Source: a virus | Taxonomy: Duplodnaviria > Caudoviricetes | IMG/VR virus record: IMGVR_UViG_3300037634_001203 | Coordinates: 1-38,983 of that record | Direction: 5' to 3' (one strand) | DNA length: 38,983 nt | Part shown: in pieces, positions 35,201 to 38,983 of the stretch | How the letters are laid out: each line of letters begins with the position of its first letter | Numbering within the stretch: position 1 is the stretch's first letter | The notes under the pieces: model-generated | The model's input: only the letters and a program-made list of their open reading frames with translations | What the model was told of the DNA's origin: nothing | The model's database searches: none | Program-made: the position numbers and the translations under genes

Positions 35201-36136
35201 TCACACCTTTACATATATATCCATTATACTCTTGCCAGATGAATCCTTTATTAACAAATCATTAAAATCCTTTTTCTCCTTGCCATCATCACCTGTCCAA
35301 ACTGGTGCTTGACAATAATTAACATTATAACCAGACCCATATGCAGTTAAACAATCCTTTATTGATTTGCTGCCTGCCTCATCACCATCAGCAAATATGA
35401 TTACATCAGAAACTGTATCAGGTATTTTTATTCTATGCATAAACTGGCTTCCCAAAGCAGCCCATACTGGTATCTTTAACACTTGATGCAAAGACAATGC
35501 ATCCTCTATACCTTCAGCTATCCCCAAAAGGTTACTAACAGAGCCAAACTTTACAGCATTACCAAGTATTGAACCCATGCTTCTTCTTGGATTGCCCTCT
35601 GTGTGCTTTCTAGAGCCATTAAGATGTGTTCTCTGTATACCTTTAATCATGCCATCTACATCTGTAATCTTCGCAACCAGGCATTCTTTTCCATAAACAG
35701 CTTTGTTGTATCTTAATGAATCAGGTTTTATACGAATACCTCTGCTCATAAGATACAAAGCAGCATTGTTATTCATTAAGTCTTCTGAAGAGTTCCAGAT
35801 ATCATTTATCTCTTTAAGTTTTTCATTGTCTAGTTTATTGTTAACCCTGATGGCCTTTACTGGAGTATAAGAAGAGTTATACGATTCCCTTTTATGAACA
35901 TCGGTACATCTACAATCATAGGACTTGTGCCACCATCCATCAGGATTTGTTTTTAATGGGTCATCTGGGTCTTTAGTTCCATGTGATCTGGATTTGTCAT
36001 TAGTGCAAATAAAGTAGGGATGAGCAAGGAAATAATACCCATGACACCTACCAGTTTTTGTACCTTTTTGTATTCCATTATGAGAACCACAGTTATAACA
36101 AGAATCATTTGCAGTAAAGCCTTGAGGTTTACCCAT
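35201..36136 (-). CDS. Zn-finger plus TOPRIM primase
   Basis: N-terminal Cys/His cluster; YLMSRGI; GIQRT; AEGIEDALS; IFADGDEAG; KDFND. Confidence 0.88.
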   Translation of the reverse strand: MGKPQGFTANDSCYNCGSHNGIQKGTKTGRCHGYYFLAHPYFICTNDKSRSHGTKDPDDPLKTNPDGWWHKSYDCRCTDVHKRESYNSSYTPVKAIRVNNKLDNEKLKEINDIWNSSEDLMNNNAALYLMSRGIRIKPDSLRYNKAVYGKECLVAKITDVDGMIKGIQRTHLNGSRKHTEGNPRRSMGSILGNAVKFGSVSNLLGIAEGIEDALSLHQVLKIPVWAALGSQFMHRIKIPDTVSDVIIFADGDEAGSKSIKDCLTAYGSGYNVNYCQAPVWTGDDGKEKKDFNDLLIKDSSGKSIMDIYVKV

Positions 36137-36137
36137 G

Positions 36138-36980
36138 TTACCTAGCCCACTTATTTCTAAAGGACTGCCATGCTTTTAGTTTGTAGGCATGGATAAATTC
36201 CTCTTTGTGATAAGGAATGTTTTTAACTTCTTTGATTTCTATAGAATCATCCTCGGTTTTGGGCAGCCTTATGGCCAATGCTCTTACGTTTCTGTAGTAA
36301 TTAGGATCAAATTTCTTTATTTTGTTTCCGATACAGAAATCTAATCCCATAACGTATGCTGATAGTTGTAAGCAAGTTTCTGGATACAACCTAGCACCAG
36401 TTTTGTAATCAGCTATAACAATGTTTCCATCAGGATCAATCGCTACTAAATCAGCAGTACCAGCAAAGGAAATATCTAACGTATGGTGATAAAAAGATAT
36501 CTCAGTACCTATTATTTCAAGCTTTGAATCAGACATGAACTGTCTCCAGCTATTTACGACTGTGTCAAACTTCTTATCAACATATGCATTAGGGTCTATG
36601 GCTAACCTTTGTAAAAGATCATGTGCATCTGATCCAAAAGTAGCTGCAGTATCCCGTTTGTTTTCATGTGCAAGTGCTGCATCCTGTAAGACAGACTCTA
36701 ATACCTGTGATGGTGGGTTTTCTTTCTTGCGGATAGTTTCAAACAAATTATTTCTGACATAATCAAGTGCCATGTTCATAGCCCATGTTCTCAGAGCAAA
36801 TTTATCAATGATCCCTAACACATCAGTCACCCTGATTAATTTATCATGCTCTGTGAGCCTGTCATCGCCACTAACTGTGTATTCTTTACCAGAATCAGTA
36901 AGGGAAACAGTAATACCATCATTCCATTCCCCAAGGGTTTTTCTAAGTTTATCACTTAGGTTTAGGTTTTTAGCTAACAT
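36138..36980 (-). CDS. PD-(D/E)XK exonuclease (Cas4/RecB-like phage nuclease)
   Basis: VTDVL...K...W, GxxxH, FAGTADL, IADYKTG, LQLSAY. Confidence 0.88.
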   Translation of the reverse strand: MLAKNLNLSDKLRKTLGEWNDGITVSLTDSGKEYTVSGDDRLTEHDKLIRVTDVLGIIDKFALRTWAMNMALDYVRNNLFETIRKKENPPSQVLESVLQDAALAHENKRDTAATFGSDAHDLLQRLAIDPNAYVDKKFDTVVNSWRQFMSDSKLEIIGTEISFYHHTLDISFAGTADLVAIDPDGNIVIADYKTGARLYPETCLQLSAYVMGLDFCIGNKIKKFDPNYYRNVRALAIRLPKTEDDSIEIKEVKNIPYHKEEFIHAYKLKAWQSFRNKWAR

Positions 36981-36997
36981 TTGTTTCTCCTTATGTT

Positions 36998-37861
36998 TTA
37001 GCCTTCGTCTTCTATTAACCTCTGCATCTGATCATCTTGTTGGGTTGGTTTTTCTTGTGACTCCTGTATCTTCCTGTCATAAGTATTGAAAGTAGTAGGG
37101 TCTTTGTGAATTATCTTTTCTGAATTACTAGCATCAGGTTCTTGTCCAGAAAGTATAAGTTCGTACTGATCAGTTAAAAACTTGATAGTGTTTATGTCTT
37201 TCTTGTCTTTATTTTCAATGCCATTAAAGGCACAGATTCTAGTTATACATCTGCCACATTTGTCATAGTTGCCAGTCTGACCCACACCATGTTGACATGT
37301 ATTGTCTGGTGCATTACCAGACTCAATCTTAGGTGGCTGTGATTGTTGTGTTTTAGGTTGCTGCACCTGTTGTTGTTGTTGCTGTGGTGCTTGTTGCACT
37401 ATGTTAGGAGCAGTAAAAGTATGAGGTTGTGAACCTCTGGTCATTTGCTTTCGTTCTGGTGCAGCATGATCGTTCCAGTCATTTATGTACCATTTGTAAT
37501 GGTAGTTTTGTGATCCGTCATGTGACGTTCCAGACGTATGTCCTTGTCCATTGAAACATTTTTGACAACCTCTTTCACCTGCATTACTTACCTGTCCTCT
37601 ACCCGCTACAACATTAGCTTCATAAGGTGGATCATATGGTGCTTCCTTGACCTGGGGTTGACCTTGTTCATCAGTATAAATAGGATTCAACCATGATGGT
37701 GAAGAATCCTTATTAACCCATACTGTTACAGGATACTGTGGAGTCCAAGGCCATTTACCTTCAATTCTCCATTGGTCATTGTCATCCCTACCTTTTGTAG
37801 CGGTGACATTACTTACATAAAACCTGGTGGTTTCTTCTACACGTTCGTACTGATTAGACAT
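36998..37861 (-). CDS. Hypothetical protein, 287 aa, possible ssDNA-binding/annealing partner
   Basis: Lies directly upstream of the exonuclease; aromatic-rich N-terminal domain, poly-Gln linker and acidic tail. The function is positional inference only. Confidence 0.6.
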   Translation of the reverse strand: MSNQYERVEETTRFYVSNVTATKGRDDNDQWRIEGKWPWTPQYPVTVWVNKDSSPSWLNPIYTDEQGQPQVKEAPYDPPYEANVVAGRGQVSNAGERGCQKCFNGQGHTSGTSHDGSQNYHYKWYINDWNDHAAPERKQMTRGSQPHTFTAPNIVQQAPQQQQQQVQQPKTQQSQPPKIESGNAPDNTCQHGVGQTGNYDKCGRCITRICAFNGIENKDKKDINTIKFLTDQYELILSGQEPDASNSEKIIHKDPTTFNTYDRKIQESQEKPTQQDDQMQRLIEDEG

Positions 37862-38087
37862 TAGACGTTCTCCTTTGTGTTGGTTTATTGTTTAACTGAT
37901 AATTCATTTTATCAATGTCTGATTGTGTGTAATAATTACCTCTTTGTATAAACACAGGCTTCATTTTGCCACTCAATTTATACCGAGTAACTGTAATACG
38001 ATGCCTGTCTAAGCGGTCTGAGGTTTCCTGAACTCCGAAGAGATTGTTGTTGTGACCACATTTGTCACAAGTGATACTAACTGACAT
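37854..38087 (-). CDS. Zn-ribbon plus excisionase/MerR-like HTH protein, 77 aa
   Basis: CDKC, then FGVQETSDRLDRHRITVTRYKLSGKM...YTQSDI; start moved to the ATG at 38087 behind TGGAG. Confidence 0.7.
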   Translation of the reverse strand: MSVSITCDKCGHNNNLFGVQETSDRLDRHRITVTRYKLSGKMKPVFIQRGNYYTQSDIDKMNYQLNNKPTQRRTSNV

Positions 38088-38177
38088 AAAGAATCTCCAT
38101 CCTTTTAATTTGATTAACGTCTGCATATCCCTTGCAGACTAGCCTACCGTAACACAACGGCAGCCTGAAAACAATAC

Positions 38178-38507
38178 TTAAAGCTTCCATTCTGATAAAT
38201 CAATATCAGGAAATGCTTGTTGTAATGTTTCAGCAAGAGTTTCATCCTTAACCCATTCACTTTGAGGAAACAGAAAAGATGTAACGGCTCTTAGCATTAC
38301 CTTCATTGAGGCAACATCTTTAATGATCAATGGGTCTGACTGATCAAAATGATCTGAATCCAGTACCTTTATTGCTAAAGTTAATGCTCTGGACATGATC
38401 ATCAATCCCCTGTCTGTTTGCAAGAAACTTACTATCTCTTTTTTATCTTCCAGTGGAACACCAGTAAAGGTTTTAAACAAGTCATCCATGCTATTTTCAT
38501 TCTTCAT
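38178..38507 (-). CDS. Hypothetical protein, 109 aa
   Basis: ORF track; RBS AGGGAG. Confidence 0.8.
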   Translation of the reverse strand: MKNENSMDDLFKTFTGVPLEDKKEIVSFLQTDRGLMIMSRALTLAIKVLDSDHFDQSDPLIIKDVASMKVMLRAVTSFLFPQSEWVKDETLAETLQQAFPDIDLSEWKL

Positions 38508-38511
38508 ATTA

Positions 38512-38742
38512 TTACTCCCTTAATTTATCTATAATTGATTTGATTTTACCATGTAATTCTTTTCTTTCGGTTACTGATACATGTCTTTTACTTATTCCCT
38601 GAGTAATGAAAACATCTATCATGGCATCTAATTTCGGACTGTCCATATCCTTATGGTTTATAAGGTAATCTAATGACTTTACCAAAAACTTGACACCTTG
38701 TTTCTCTATATCTGTAAGCTGCAATTCTTTATATTCTTCCAT
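38512..38742 (-). CDS. Hypothetical protein, 76 aa
   Basis: ORF track; RBS AGAGGTG. Confidence 0.8.
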   Translation of the reverse strand: MEEYKELQLTDIEKQGVKFLVKSLDYLINHKDMDSPKLDAMIDVFITQGISKRHVSVTERKELHGKIKSIIDKLRE

Positions 38743-38769
38743 AGACGCACCTCTTTTCTAAAGATTAGG

Positions 38770-38983
38770 ATTTTAACACAGGGTTTGTAAATTAGAACAG
38801 AGATATCTGTCCTTCATCTTGTCTTTTTTCGATAACCCATTGCAGCAAATCCTTTACTGGAATGTAGTAAGCCCTACCTATTTTACCCTTGGTCACTACT
38901 GGATACTGTAAGGCCTTCTCTTTAGTGATACGATAAGTATCAGGGTACAAGTATTTACCTTTTTTGTTCTTGTATCCTATCTT
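38770..38983. repeat. Terminal direct repeat, right copy
   Basis: Matches 1-214 with one substitution. Confidence 0.98.

Larger units (their letters stand above)
1..38983. mobile_element. Complete tailed phage genome (Caudoviricetes, podovirus-like), circularly closed, unit length 38,769 bp
   Basis: Terminase, portal, capsid and short-tail modules are present with no tape measure, sheath or tube gene. The 214-bp end overlap closes the circle, and the minus-strand operon continues across the junction. Confidence 0.95.

Noticed and set aside
36138-36980. Cas4 as evidence of a CRISPR system
   Set aside because: It is a stand-alone phage PD-(D/E)XK nuclease lacking the four-Cys Fe-S motif, with no array or other cas gene.
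37854-38087. Excisionase implying a temperate lifestyle
   Set aside because: No integrase, CI-like repressor or partition genes were recognised, and HTH proteins of this type are common in lytic phages.
1-38983. Alternative genetic code (stop-codon reassignment)
   Set aside because: Standard-code ORFs tile both operons densely, and TAA, TAG and TGA all serve as stops at gene junctions.

Overview
This window is an apparently complete tailed dsDNA phage genome of podovirus-like architecture. The unit length is 38,769 bp, and bases 1-214 recur at 38770-38983 with one synonymous mismatch. Two divergent transcription units flank a ~1.1 kb non-coding control region (5769-6864). The minus-strand unit runs from 5768 through the junction to 33728. 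It holds about 20 tightly packed small early ORFs joined by near-identical junction motifs, a gp88-family protein, an HTH protein, a PD-(D/E)XK exonuclease, a TOPRIM primase, a RusA-like resolvase and a holin-like protein. The plus-strand unit (6865-33727) holds an HNH-like protein, TerS, TerL with unusual catalytic motifs, the portal, three putative ejection proteins (one of 1911 aa), scaffold, major capsid, decoration protein, adaptor, nozzle, tail fibre, a six-repeat propeller adhesin, a thermonuclease and membrane proteins. I recognised no DNA polymerase, helicase, RNA polymerase, integrase, endolysin, tRNA or CRISPR array. The most notable unexplained signals are (i) a promoter-driven candidate small RNA whose 5' end is complementary to the repeated ribosome-binding sites of several of the phage's own early genes, (ii) ordered families of repeated gene-junction elements in the early array, (iii) an H-type pseudoknot upstream of the decoration gene, (iv) an origin/terminus-like region with a primosome-site-like hairpin and GTWAC repeats, and (v) holin-like genes without an endolysin, which hints at a peptidoglycan-free host. 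All protein calls come from motif recognition by eye; no database search was run.
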